A stretch of 64,000 nucleotides of DNA from Mobula hypostoma (lineage: Eukaryota). Positions 36,933 to 50,039 of the stretch are shown here, in pieces. Under the pieces are notes generated by a model, which ran no database searches, was not told the DNA's origin, and saw nothing but the letters and a program-made list of their open reading frames with translations. The DNA lies in the NCBI RefSeq assembly GCF_963921235.1, contig NC_086107.1, positions 108,812,001-108,876,000 of the forward strand, given 5' to 3'. The stretch's first letter is position 1; every line of letters starts with the position of its first letter. The translations under genes were made by a program, and so were the position numbers.

Positions 36933-38129
36933 TAATAAATTTACTTTGAACTTTATTGAAATACACTGATGACCAGCATTGAGTCAATGGGCCGAATGAC
37001 CTTCTACGGGCTAAGGAAATGGACTGCAGTTGCTGGAATCTGGAGTAGAAAGCAGACTGCTGGGGTATCTCAGGCAGCATTAGTGTAGGGAAATCGACAT
37101 TTTGGGTCGAGATGTGAAGGGCCCACAAGTGCTACGTGACCTGCTGAGTTCCTTCAGCAGTTTGTTCGTTGCCAAGGTAACATGAGAGACAGCCGATACA
37201 CTTCTGCTTAACTTGATGCTCTCTCAGTCCATTAGGCTGCTCCACCTACCCTGTCACTCCCTCCTAATCGCTGCTTGCTCTAATGGTTATCAATACCAAC
37301 GACACACACAAAATGCCAGAGGAACTCAATGGGTGAAGCAGTCTCTAAGGAGAGGACTAAACAGTGAGCGTTTCCAGATGAAGGGTTGGTCCAAAACGTC
37401 TACTGTTTATTCTTCTCCACAGATGCTGCCTGGCCTGCTGAGGTCCACCAGCGTTGTGTGTGTGTTGCTCTGGATTTCCACCACCTGCAGAATAGTCCTG
37501 AAGGAAGTCTTGGCCCATATCATCGATTGTCTATTCATTTCCATCCATGCAGCCTGGCCTGCTGATTTCCTCCAGCATCTTGTGTGTGTTGCTCTGGATT
37601 TCCAGCATCTGCAGACTTCCTTGTGTTGGTGATCTGCACAATATCTTGTGTTTATCAGTACAATGAGCTGTCAAGTCAAGTGATGTCAAGTTTATTGTCA
37701 TTTAACTATGTACATGTACACTGTCAAATGAGACAACGCTTCTCCAAACAGTAACACACATAGCACAGGACAATTTAGGAAAGTAAGGATAAAATCTACA
37801 GCTGAATTATGCATAAATAAAGTGCATAAATTAAATATTGTAAGTACAGAACAGATTATCCGGTGACACTTAGATTGCAAAGCGGCAGGGAGTTCAGGAG
37901 TCTAATGGCCTGAGGGAGGAAGCTGTTTCCCAACCTGACCATCTTGTCTTTATGCATCAGAATCTCCTGCTTGATGGTAGAAAGTCAAAGAGGATGCTGG
38001 ATGAGTGGGTTTTCTGCTGATATCCAATATATCTTCTCATTGGAACTATGGTGTCTGTCTCAGGCTGACTACAAGCCCATGACATGGCAGGCCAGTGTAG
38101 GACAGAGAACTGGGTATTGTAAGTGTTGA

Positions 38130-39270
38130 GGAAGCTCTGCTCTGCCTCGGACCTGACTGTTATCTTTCAAGCTTAATATTTAACCTATATTTCTCTGTCC
38201 TTGGTATGTGTGACATGGCAGTGTGAAAGGAGCTTTACTCTGTTTCAAACCAGTACTGTCCCTGCCCTGGGAGTATGTGATGGGAGAGTGCCGAGACATC
38301 TTTCCTCTGTATTTAACCCATGAGTACACCTTTGAGTACACCTACATGAAGAGCTGTGGAAGGAAAACAGCATTCATTATCGAGGATCCCACCACCCAGA
38401 CCATGCTCTCTTCTCACTGCTGCCATCGGGAAGAAGGTACAGGAGCCTCAGGACTCACACTACCAAGTTCAGGAATCCCTCAAGCATCAGACTCTTGAAA
38501 CAGAGGGAATAATTTCACTCAACTTCACTCACCCCATCACTGAACCGTTCCCAAAACATATGGACTCACTTCCGAGGACTCTTCATCTGATATTCTTGAT
38601 ATTTATTTCTTATTTATTTATTATAACTAATATTTCTTTTGTTCTTTCTTTTTGTATTTGCACAGTCTGTTGTCTTTTGCACATCGATTGCTTGTCTGTT
38701 GGGTCATTCATTGGTTCTATTGTGTTTCCTGTATTTATTGTGATTGGCCGCAAGAAAATGAATCTCAGGGTTGTATGTGGTGACATATATGAACTGTGAC
38801 AATAAACCTATTTTGAGCTTTGACATTGATGCTGTTTCTGCCCAGGGAGTGCTTGATGGGACAGTGTCGAGTTAACTTTCCTCTGTTTCTAATCCATGCT
38901 GTTCCTGAACAAGGACTGTGTGATAGGATAGTGTAGAGAGAGCATTTCCTCTCTACCTAACCCACATTGTCCCTGTCCTGGGAATATGTGATGGGAGATT
39001 TACTTTGTATCTAACCTGCACTGCCCGTGAGTGATGGGACAGTGCAGAGGAAACTTTCTTCTGTCTCTACCCCGTGCTGCCCTTGTCCTGGGAGTGTGTA
39101 ATGGGAGTTTTGCCTACACTGTCCCTGCCCTAGGAATGTCTGATCGGACAGTGTAGAGGAAACTTTCCTCTGTATCTACCCCATGCTGTCTCTGTCCTGG
39201 GAGCGTGTGATGGGAGTTTTGCCTCCACTGTCCCTGGCCTGCCAGTGAGTGATGGGACAGTGTGCAGGTA
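38130..39270 (+). repeat. Degenerate ~65-bp satellite, with a Rex1 fragment inserted at ~38370-38825
   Basis: Repeating 'ctctgtatctaacc..tgctgtccctgtcctgggagtgtgtgatgggacagtgtagagg'; a ~100-bp higher-order duplication at 39031-39240. Confidence 0.85.
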
Positions 39271-39949
39271 ATTTATCCGGGATGCAGCTGCAAGATGATG
39301 TCACTTGGTGCATGCAACAGGACAAATGGTGAACTTAATTACTGAAGAAAGCAAAACAAGAACAGATTGAATAATATCCCATTTGCTGGAAATAACCAAA
39401 TTTAATTTTTCTTATCAGAGAGAAAGAGAAAATAACATCCATTATTCTTCTCAAATTGAAATATATTCTCTAATTAAATAGTACAAGCAGAGACCCATCA
39501 AAATTAAAATTTTGTAAAGTTGAAACTGCTCATTTATAAACAATAATCTCCTTTGCTAAATTAAAGGAAGGAGAAATTAATTCAGAACTTTCAAATTACA
39601 GCTAATCATAACATCAAAATAAAGACCTTTTTGCTTTCATATAAAATGCAATAAAGTACACCAAATCATATCAATGCAATTCTCATAAGGCTTGTAAATA
39701 CAAGAACAGACAAGGCTCAATCACAACTTCAGACATTCTGCTATTTAAATTATGTATCCCTGATTTTGTCAGGCAATTAACAATCATCAGCCATCAAGTC
39801 CTTTAGGACTTTTTTAAAAGTTCTGTTTGTTTAAGGTTATTATTGTTTGCAAGTCTTCTTTAAGGAAAATTCAATGCCACCACCTAAAAATCTCAGAGCA
39901 TGTACAATAAAGTTGGCAAGCAGGCTAAAGATTCTCTGCATTGTCCCAT

Positions 39950-42520
39950 CCACAGCTCTGGGACAGGGACAGCACAAGTTTAGATAAAAAGCGACTTTCC
40001 CTGCTAGAGTAGGCACAGAGGTAAGTTTCCTCTAAATTTTCAAAAGTGAAGAACTGTGCTTTGTGCTGTGTGAGACTGTTGGTATTGTGTTTTGTACCTT
40101 GACCCCAGAGTAACACTGTCTCATTTGGCTGTATTCATGAGTATTCATTTATTGTTGAATGACAACTAACCATGAATTGAATTAATCAAAATATGTATGC
40201 AGTACACAGCTCTGAGATTCATCTTCTCCAGGTGGCCACGAAACAAAGAAAACCATGGGAATCGTTCAAAGAAAAACGTCAAACCCACCCTCCAATACAA
40301 AAAAAAAATGGTGGTACAATCATCAACCCCCAAACCCGACTCCCCCCGTACACAAAAAAACTAACGAAACAAGCCAACAAGAAAAATCAGGCAGAAAGGC
40401 AGAATATAAAAACCATAAGACTGAAAAAGTCCGCAGTCCATAGTCCAATCCATAAACGCCAAACCTCGATAACATCCTATGACAGCATCGAGAAAAAGGG
40501 ATACCACTCAAACACAGTGGTTTGCCTACCCTTCGGCAACAGAGGAGGAACAAGTGAGCTCTGCCTACCCTGATAGCATAGAGTAGGCACAGAGGTAAAC
40601 TTCCTCGACAGGGGTTCCCAACCTTTATTATGCATGGACGAATACCATTAATCAAACAGTCCGTAGACCCCAGTGGGGAACTCCTGTTCTACACTATACC
40701 ATCAACTATTCCCAGGGCAGGGACAGCACAAGTTTGATGCAGATAAAAACATCTTCTATAACATCCAATCAAGCATTTGCACGGTATAGAGTTCCAACGG
40801 ATTGAGATTTAAGATTAACTTTATTACACGTACAAAGCTCAAAGTTCAAGGTACGTTTATTATCATAGTATCTATACATTAGACAACCTTGAGATTTGTC
40901 TCCTTACGGGTGGCCACAAAACAAGAAACCCAAAAGAACCCTTTAAAAAAAAACACAAATGCCCAATGCGCAGAGAGAAAGAAAAACAAATCGCGCAAAC
41001 AATAAAGGTGAGCAAATAGCATTTGGAATGGAAGTGAGTCCTCAGACACAAATTGCGGAGCAGCTGGAGAAGGCCACAGGCTCCACCTCAGTTCAGCGCG
41101 GATTGAGTAAATGTCGAAACATCGACACACACAGGGAAATGCATTGTCTTGTGTCAATGACCAACATAGTGCGAAGGTTGTACTGGGGTTGGCCCGCTTA
41201 CGTTGCTAACATAGCACGCCTAAAACCTACTAAGTTGCACATCTTTGGACTGTGGGAGGAAGCCAGAGCACCCGGAGGAAACCCACACAGTCACAGGGAG
41301 GTTTCTTACAGACAGCAGGGGAAATCGAAACCCCGATCTTACAGCATGCGCTGTAATGTGTTACGCTAACCGCCATGGTGCCCTGCTGCCCGAGTAGATT
41401 CCTCTATTCCCCCTCATCAGACACTCCCCATACAGGGGTAGCACAGGTTAGATACAGAATAAGCTCCCTCAACATCAAACTCCCTCAGAGGCAGAGCAGC
41501 ACTGGTTGGTTTGGCAGAGACTATCCAGGACTGACTGAGTCAGCGAGGGCCACAGTGCACCCTGGACAAGAAAAAAAATGTTTTAAGTTAATTGCCTTGA
41601 AATAGATATTTTGATAATTTTATTTTACTATAAAAATGAACAGACAGAACGGAAGCTTGTGAATAAAACACAAGCAAAAATTGCAATAGGGGTTAGAAGC
41701 AGAGAAAATGTCCTCTACGCTATTGATTTAATAATGCCAGTATATAGCATAGGTTAGATACAGAATAAAGTTTTTTCTGCACTGTCCTGTCAAACTCTCC
41801 AAGGACAGGGGGAGTACAGATTATGTACAATGTAAAAAGCCGTAGAAAGCATTCTTCTAGGGTGCATCACAACCTGGTATGGAAGTTGTCCTGTCCAAGA
41901 CCGGAAGGAGCCTGCAGAAGATCGTGAACACGGCCCAGCACATCACACAAACCAATCTTACGTCCTTGGACTCACTTTACACTGCACGCTGTCGGAGCAG
42001 TGCTGCCAGGATAATCAAGGACACGACCCACCCAGCCAATACACTTTTCGTCCCTCTTCCCTCCGGGAGAAGGCTCAGGAGCTTGAAGACTCGTACGGCC
42101 AGATTTGGGAACAGCTTCTTTCCAACTGTGATAAGACTGCGGAACAGATCCTGACCCGGATCTGGGCCGTACCTCCAAATATCCGGACCTGCCTCTCGGT
42201 TTTTTTGCACTACCTTACTTTCCCTTTTCTATTTTCTATTTATGATTTATAATTTAAATTTTTACTATTTACTGTTGATTTGTACTCCAGGAAGCAGGAA
42301 GCGCAGAATCAAATATCGCTGTGATGATTGTACGCTCTAGTATCAATTGTTTGGTGACAATAAAGTAAAGTAAAGTTCTATATGCTGTCCAATCTGATGG
42401 TCCCGGTGGACAAAAGGGATTAGATACAGCATAGAGCTCCTTCTGCACTGTTCTATCACACACATGCTCCCAAGCAGATATAAGAGTTTGATATAAGATG
42501 CCCTCCACACATAGAACAAC
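39950..42520 (-). repeat. Dispersed patches of the same satellite in the opposite orientation
   Basis: 'gggacagcacaagtttagata', 'gcacaggttagatacagaataaagctccctc' at ~39950-40040, 40540-40800, 41390-41500, 41740-41830 and 42375-42520. Confidence 0.7.
41838..42376 (+). mobile_element. Young Rex1-type LINE 3' fragment
   Basis: LQKIVNTAQHIT...LPSGRRLRSLKTRTARFGNSFFPTVIR and (TAAAG)n tail; near-identical to 58270-58820. Confidence 0.92.
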
Positions 42521-42619
42521 AGTCTCCATTCTTCTCACACAACCCCTGATGAGTGACATCTACTCATAGCCCCCTATTGATCCTCGTTGATATGAAACTC
42601 TGAAAAAGGGTGCTCAAAG

Positions 42620-42995
42620 CAGGATTTCTACAATGTTGAAAGGTCTCGAAAGAGTGGATGTAGAGAGGATGTTTCCTTTGGCGGGGGAATCTAAGACCAG
42701 AGGACACAGCCTCAGAATCGAGGAGCATCCTCTCAAAAAGGAGATAAGGAGGAATTTCTTTAGCCAGAGAGTGGTGAATCAGTGGGATTCATTGCCAAAG
42801 GTGGCTGTGGAGGCCAAGTCATTGGGTATATTTAAGGCAGAGGTTTCTAGATTCTTGACTGGTCAGGGCATGAAGGAATATGGGGAGAAGACAGGAGATT
42901 GGGCTGAGAGGGAAATGGATCACCCATGATGAAATGGGGGAAGCAGACTCGATGGGCTGAATGGCCTAATTCTGCTCCTTTATCTTATGGTCTTA
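42620..42995 (+). mobile_element. CR1 3' fragment
   Basis: MFPLAGESKTRGHSLRIE...FFSQRVVNQWDSLP. Confidence 0.92.
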
Positions 42996-44174
42996 AAAGG
43001 GTCTCATCAGCACGATAGCATATCAGTTAGCATAACACTCTTACAGTACCAGCGACTCGGGTACAGTTCCTTCACTGTCTGTAAATAGTTTGCATGGATT
43101 GTGTGTCATTGGACAGTGCAGGCTTATAAAACCAGAAGGGCAGAGGATTCTAAAGATTCATAGACTTACAGAGAAAATTCCACCTCATACCATCATATAT
43201 GGCAAGTGTCTAACTCTAATCCTAGGTTCAGTGGAAGTTCCCCTCAATTTACAGTGCTAGGCTAACTGATATTGGTGACTGTGTATTCAAGGGAACCATC
43301 CCTTTTGTGTGTTGATCATTCTTTGATCTTTCTTATGAGATACAGTTCACACTTAACAGATAAGCACTGATGTTATTGAATGGCGAGGCAGACAGGTAAG
43401 AGTTAAAACTTTTTCAACCATGGACCATTAGTCAGACTGTATAACACTACACAGTTTGACTTTGTGTTCTAGATTCCATCAGTAGGGCAAAACCCACCTG
43501 GCATCTACCTCGCTCCCCTGTGACAACCTTAGGACACTGGGTACAAGATGATGGAGGAAACTAAAAGGTCTACGGAGGAGAATGCAGTCAACGCTTCAGG
43601 CCGAGACCTTCATGCTTCTGCCCCCTTCCTTTCCAGTTCTGTTGAAGGGTCTCGTCCCGAAATGTTGACTGTTTATTCCACTCCGTAGGCACTGCCTGAT
43701 TCGCTGAGTTCCTCCAGCATTTTGTGCTTGTTGTTCTGGACCTCCAGCAGGATCTCTTGTGATTAGATCACTGATAAAGCAAGGCACATCTTTTTAGTAC
43801 AAATGTGATTTATGGTTTAAACTGGATGCTTCCAAGTTTGCCTTGAAAAGAGCCCACGATAAGGTAGTACTCTCGATGGAATCTTTCCTTGACACTTATG
43901 AGTGACACAGCCCAAATTTGTCATTGTCAATTGTCCTGTGATCGGACGAGGGTCAAGTAGGTGGGTTGCTGGGTGGTGCAGTTCGTTGGGCCGGAGGAGG
44001 CCTGTTCCACACTGTATCTCTAAATAGATAAACAAAGAAACAAACATTTAAGAGGTATTTGAATAGGTACATGGAGGGGAGGGTCTAGGAGGGTTACGGG
44101 CCAAACACGGGCAACTGGGCCTAGCAGGGAGGATGCTATGTTCAGCATGGACCAGATGGGCTTCCGTATTGTAT

Positions 44175-44348
44175 TATGAGTAGGCCAAGTTAAAGTTCCT
44201 CCCCATGCCTTTTTGGGCGGCAACCTTGCTGTTTCTCCACGAGCTTGACCCTCAACCCAACCCGGATGGAAAGTGGAGCCGGCCAGATTCGAACCTGAGA
44301 ACTCTTGTTCCGAAGTCCGGTGCAGACACCACTACACCACCAGCAGAC
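44175..44348 (-). mobile_element. Short tRNA-headed SINE
   Basis: Minus-strand A box TGGTGTAGTGG and B box GGTTCGAATC, followed by a non-tRNA body. Confidence 0.65.
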
Positions 44349-44871
44349 AGACTGAGTCAAGACTGCTTCACATGCCCTCTAGTGGACAAGTGGAAAGTAA
44401 TGATGGCTGCTCCCAATGACTGTGCATGCTTAATTCTCACCTTATTCTAACCCAATAGTTCTCATCTTTTTTTTTATGCCATGGATCCCTACTGTTAACG
44501 GGGGGGGGGGGGGCCATGGACCCCAGGTTGGGAACCGCTATTCTAACCTCATCCTTTGATATAGTCGATGATGAGTCCCTTGAGGATGGCGTGGTGGGAG
44601 GAAACCAGAGCACTCAGAGGAGACCCACGCGGTCACGGGGAGAGGGTACAAAATCCTTACAGACAGCAGCAGAACTGAACTCCAGTCACTGCCACTGCTG
44701 CAGTGTTACACTAATTGCTACTCTATGTGCTGGCTAGGTCGCAAGGGTTAAAATCTAACGATATGCTGGTGAACAGACTATACAATATTACATGAATATT
44801 AGTAACACTTTACACAGATGACAAAGCTTAATTCACCTTTAATGGCCCTGTTATTTCACACCATTGGAGAA

Positions 44872-45340
44872 ATTATTCCAGAGATGAAAGGGTTACCATA
44901 TGAGGACCAGTTGATGGCTCTGGGCCGGTACTCAGTGGAATTCAGAAGAGTGAGTGACGATTCTCACTGAAACCTATCGAATTCTGAAAGGCCTCGACAG
45001 AGTGGATGTGGAGAGGATGTTTTTCATGATGGGGGCACCTAGGACCAGAGGGCACAGCTTCAGAATAGAGGGGCGTCCTTTTAAGAAGAAGATGAGGAGG
45101 AATTTCTTTAGCCAGAGGGTGGTGACTCTGTGGAATTCATTGCCACAGGCGGCTGTGGAGGCTACGTCATTGGTGTATTTAAGGCAGTTGATAGTTTCTT
45201 GATTAGTCAGGACATGAAGGGTTACAGCGAGAAGGCAGGAGATTGAGGCTAAGGGGAAAATGGATCAGCCATGATGAAATGGCAGAGCAGACACAATAGG
45301 CCAAATGGCCTAATTCTGCTCCTATATATTATGGTCTTAA
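44872..45340 (+). mobile_element. CR1 3' fragment
   Basis: ETYRILKGLDRVD...FFSQRVVTLWNSLP. Confidence 0.92.
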
Positions 45341-45430
45341 ATTCCTTTTGTTTCACCCATGACCCTCTTCCACTTTCTCTGCTAGTGAGACTAACTCAAT
45401 TCTGAAAAGGCATCTCAGAGCTGAACAGTT

Positions 45431-45918
45431 ATCTATCTCTCCCTCTCTCTCTCTCCCTCCCTCCCTCTGTCTCCCTCTCTCTCACTCTCTCTCTCCCTCT
45501 CTCTCTCTCCTCTCTCTCTCCCTGTCTCTCTCTCTATCTCTCCCTCCGTCTCCCTCTCTCTCTCCTTCTCTCTCTCCCTCCCTCTTTCTCTCCCTCTCTC
45601 TCTCTCCCTCTCCCTCTCTCTCTCTCTCTATCTCTCCCTCCGTCTCCCCCTCTCTCTCTCTATCTCTCCGTCCCCCCCTCTCTCTCTCTCTTCCCCATCT
45701 CCCTCTCTATCTCTCCCTCTCTCCCTCCCTCCGTCTCCCTCTCTCCCTCCATCTCTCTCTCACCCTCTCTCTCTCTCTCCCTCTTTCTCTCCTTCTCTCT
45801 CTCCCTATCCCTCTCTCTCTCTCTCTATCTCTCCCTCCATCTCCCCCTCTCTCTCTCTATCTCTCCGTCTCCCCCTCTCTCTCTCTCTCTTCCCCGTCTC
45901 CCTCTCTCTCCCTCTTCC

Positions 45919-45952
<34 letters not shown>

Positions 45953-46610
45953 CCTCTCCCTCTCTCTCTCTATCTCTCCCTCCATCTCCCTCTCTCTCTC
46001 TTTCTTCCCTCGTCTCCCTCTCTCTCCCTCTCCCTCTCCCTCTCCCTCTCCCTCTCCCTCCCTCCCTCTCTCTCCCTCCCTCCCTCTCTCTCTCCCTCTC
46101 TCTCTCTCTCCCTCTCCCTCTCTCTCTCTCCCTCTTCCTCTCTCTCTCTCCCTCTCTCTCTCTCCTCTCCCTCTCTCTCCCTCTCCCTTTCTCTCCCTCT
46201 CCCTCTCTCTCTCTCTCTCTCCCTCTCCCTCTCTCTCTCTATCTCTCCCTCCGTCTCCCTCTCTCTCTCTTTCTTCCCTCGTCTCCCTCTCTCTCCCTCT
46301 CCCTCTCTCTCTCCCTCTCCCTCTCCCTCTCCCTCCCTCCCTCTCTCTCCCTCTCCCTCTCTCTCTCCCTCTCCCTCCCTCCCTCCCTCTCTCTCTCCCT
46401 CTCTCTCTCTCTCCCTCTCCCTCTCTCTCTCTCCCTCTTCCTCTCTCTCTCTCCCTCTCTCTCTCTCTCCCTCTCCCTCTCTCTCTCTCCCTCTCCCTCT
46501 CTCTCTCTCTCCCTCTCCCTCTCTCTCTCCCCCTCCGTCTCCCTCTCTCTCTTCCCCCCCCTCTCTCTTCCTCCGTCTCTCTCTCTCCCTCCCTCCATCT
46601 CCCTCTCTCC

Positions 46611-46659
<49 letters not shown>
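45431..46659. repeat. ~1.2-kb polypyrimidine (CT/CCCTCT)n tract ending in (CA)n
   Basis: Direct reading; internal higher-order repeats. Confidence 0.98.
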
Positions 46660-46662
<3 letters not shown>

Positions 46663-46699
46663 GCCTGACCTGATGAGATGTTTTCTCGCAGTATCCTAT

Positions 46700-47060
46700 G
46701 TTTCCGTTTCGGATTCCATGCAGGTGTACAAGATGGTCAGAGGCAGGGATGAAATGGAGAGCCAGAGATTTTTTCTAAAGGTGGAAATAGCAAATAGGAG
46801 GGGATATAATTTTAAGGCAGTTGGAGGGAAGTATAGGGGGAGATGTCCGAGGTAGGGTTTTTTTACACAGAGAATGGTGAGTGAATGCAATGCATTGATG
46901 GGCTGGCGGTAGAGGCTGATATATTTAGGACTTTTAGAAGATTGTCAGATAGGTTCCGGAATGGAAGATAAATGGAGGGAGGGGGAGAATAAGATAGACC
47001 TTAGATTAGGTTAAAAGGTCAGCACAACATTGTGGGCCAAAGAGCCTGTAATATTCCATG
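46700..47060 (+). mobile_element. CR1 3' fragment
   Basis: VYKMVRGRD...FFTQRMV and tail. Confidence 0.8.
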
Positions 47061-47063
47061 TTA

Positions 47064-48048
47064 CACTCAGTGGCCACTTTATTAGGTACTTCCTGTAAAT
47101 AAAATGGCCATCGAGTGCACGTTCATGGTCTTCTGCTGCTGTAGGCCATCCACTTCAAGGTTTGACATGTTGTGCATTCAGAGATGCTCTTCAGCACACC
47201 ACTATTGTAACGTGTGGTTATTTCAGTTCCTGTCACCTTCCTGTCAGCTTTACCATTCTCCTCTGATCTCTCTCATTAACAAGGCATTCTGACCCCTAGA
47301 ACTGCTGCTCACTGGATATTTATTTTTTGTTTTTCACACTATTCTCTGCAAACTCTACAGACTGTCGTGTATGGAAATCCCGGGAGATCAGAAATTTCTG
47401 AAATACTCAAACCACCCCATCTGGCACCAACAATCATTCCACTGTCAAAACAATGTAGATCACATTTCTTCCCCATTCTGAGTGTGTGCTCTGAACAACA
47501 ACTGACCCTCTTGACCGTGTTTGCATGCTTTTATGCATTCATAATTGTATGATTGGCTGATTAGATATTTGCATTAATCATCTCCAAGAGGACCACAATC
47601 TTGTCGTAGGGTTTGGAGGCTGGTGTGCCCCAATGTCCCAGAGAGCGATGTAGGCTGGAGTCAGGGCATTATGCTTTGTCTCTTGGTTGGATCACCCATG
47701 CCAAACAGGTCAAAGGGTAGAGACCAGACTAAGAGTGGTCCACCGGTCCTCCAGATTTGGGGGTTCAGCTCAGGGCTAACAATGCCGACTGGTCAAACAA
47801 AAACGTTACAGAAATAGCAATGAAGAATCCTTCTACATCTGAGTGCGACGGTATTCCTGAGTCTCTACCCGGGACCTGCATGACTGACAGTAGTGAAAAC
47901 CGAGAGGAATCTACTGACATGATGAAGGAAGCCATGAACACCGCCAGAGATGGAGGACTTTCATTGCTGCCCCAAAACGCAAGTAGCATAACAGGCAGGC
48001 AATTAACGAGCAGGTGTACGGTGTACCTCATAAAGTGGCCACTGAGTG
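47064..48048 (-). mobile_element. Tc1 deletion derivative with a nested RTE-derived element
   Basis: Both TIRs present; same family as 19895-20411. Confidence 0.9.
47581..47998 (+). mobile_element. Non-autonomous bipartite RTE-derived element (longest copy)
   Basis: BovB/Rex3-like 5' domain and RTE-like 3' end; imperfect GCATTAA/GCAATTAA duplication. Confidence 0.8.
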
Positions 48049-48236
48049 TTTGAATTTTATTATTAAACTCTTCCAAGTGGCCTGCATTGAATTCTCAGAT
48101 CAGAAAGGGCACTTAATCAGATTCTATCGCTTGCTGTCCGCTCTCTCCCGGATCCGTAATTAAACAGCAAAGTAATCAGCAGTGCTGAGGTCTCCATCAT
48201 CGGCGAATATGTTTTTATCTTCAACAGATTACTCAC

Positions 48237-48251
48237 ATTAAAACAGAGCCA
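48237..48251 (-). other. Candidate 15-nt microexon TGGCTCTGTTTTAAT
   Basis: Minus strand reads cccttttattttcttcttcTGCtttaaag|15 nt|gtgagtaa, in non-repetitive sequence. Confidence 0.2.
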
Positions 48252-48769
48252 CTTTAAAGCAGAAGAAGAAAATAAAAGGGCAAAAGTGACATTCATATTA
48301 CTCACGAAGAACTCACTTGTCATCATTTCGAAGATTGGTTGACTAAAATATGCAAGGTGGCAGCTGTGTTGGTGTTCCTCTTACTGCCAGTGTCCAGGCA
48401 TTGAAAATAAAACAGAAAATCTGCTCTCTCATCACTGATATTAAAGTTAAATTAATTTGCTCTAATGACTAGGTGATTGCCCACACAAAAAAATCAATGC
48501 CAGTGTTAGGTATCCTAGAGCCCATGCCAAACAGCGGGCAAGATCTCTTCACCTCTGTGTTCTGTCAACCATTGCTGCCCACCTCTCATCCTGGGCTACA
48601 CACAGTACCGTATCAGCTTTGAATTCATGGGAAAGGAGGAAGATGAGAGCACAACTACCTCTTGTCCAGTTGGTGACTTCTGGCAGCCTTGCATGACTTC
48701 TGGAGATGTTGGGATCTAGATCAACAAACTTTGGGAGGTTGAATTTGAAATCAGGGTTAATAGCAGAGT

Positions 48770-49495
48770 TCTCGACAGTGTGCAGGAACAGATGGATCTT
48801 GGGGTCCACAGCCACAGATCCCTCAAAGTTGCCTCAGAAGTTGATAGGGTGGTTAAGGAGGTGTATGGTGTGCTGGCCTTCGTTAGTTGAAGAGCTGAGT
48901 TCAAGAGCTGTGGGGATAATGTTGCTGCTCTATAAAACTCCTGTTAGACCACATTTGGAATATTATGTTCCGATCTGGGTACCTCATTATAGGAAGGAAG
49001 TGGAAGCTTTAGGGAGGGTGTAGAGGAGATTTACCAGGATGCTGCATGGACTAGAGAGTATGTCCTATGAAGATAGATTGAGCAAACTATAGTTTTTTTC
49101 TATTTGGTGCGAAGGAAGATGAGAGGTACAAGACTTGATAGTGTTGTACAAGATATAAGAGGCTTACATTGTGTGGATACACAGAGACTTTTTCCCAGAT
49201 CAGAAATGGATAATACGAGGGAGCATCATGTAATTAGAAGAAAGAAGTGATACCTGAGGTAGTTTTTTTTAAACAGAGAGATTGGCGAGTGCGTGGAACG
49301 CCCTGTCAGGGTTGGTGGAAGAGGGAAATACATTAGGAACATTTAAGAAATTCTTAGATAGGCACAGGGATGATAGAATAATAGGGGGCAAGATAGTGGG
49401 GAAGGGTTGGATCGAGCTTGGAGTAGGTCAAAAAGTTGCCACTGCATTGTGGACTGAAGGGTCTGTACGGTGCTGTAATGTTCTACGGTCTTTGT
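48770..49495 (+). mobile_element. CR1 3' fragment
   Basis: LYKTPVRPHLEYYVPIWVPHYRKEVEALGRV...AWNAL...FKKFLDRH. Confidence 0.9.
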
Positions 49496-50039
49496 TCAAA
49501 CAACAGAAAACAGCAGGTTAGGCAGCATTAGTGGAGGGAAATGGACAATCAACTTTTCCAGTCAAGACTCTTCATCTGGACTCAGGCCCACTGTCCATTT
49601 CACTCCACAAGTGCTGCCCGGCCCACTGAGTTGCTCTGGCATTTTGTCTGTTGTGTCTAGATTACTGTGTTCCTCCGATCCTGGCCTCTTGCTCATCTGA
49701 CTGCTGGAATTCCCTCCCCAACATCTCAACCTGTCTCTGAGACTCACCGTTTCTGGAGCATTACAGTTATAGAACAGAGAACAGTGCAGGCCTTACAGCC
49801 CATGATGTTGTGCCTCCGAGATCAATCTAATACCTCCCCCCATTTTCCTTTCAATCACGTGCCTATCTAAGAGTTCTAAGATGAGATGCTGAATTTATTG
49901 TCCCCGGACAGAAGGAAACTGAGAGGTGCCCTAAGAGAACTGAGACCGTGGATAAATAGGGTAGATGGTGAGAGGGGGTATCCCATAGCGGGTGTGTCTC
50001 TTAAGAGAGGCATAGGTTTCAGGTGAGAGGCAGGAGGTT

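Noticed and set aside
38830..39270. CRISPR-like periodicity
   Set aside because: Degenerate tandem satellite with no unique spacers and no cas genes, in a vertebrate context.
44275..44348. tRNA gene (also 25250-25325 and 30021-30085)
   Set aside because: A and B boxes are present, but they run into SINE bodies and lack a proper acceptor stem and terminator.
45970..46659. Arg-Glu repeat ORFs
   Set aside because: Translations of a (CT)n tract.
48228..48257. Plus-strand terminal exon ITHIKTEPL*
   Set aside because: The acceptor is plausible, but nine residues give no real support and it is out of phase with the other candidates.
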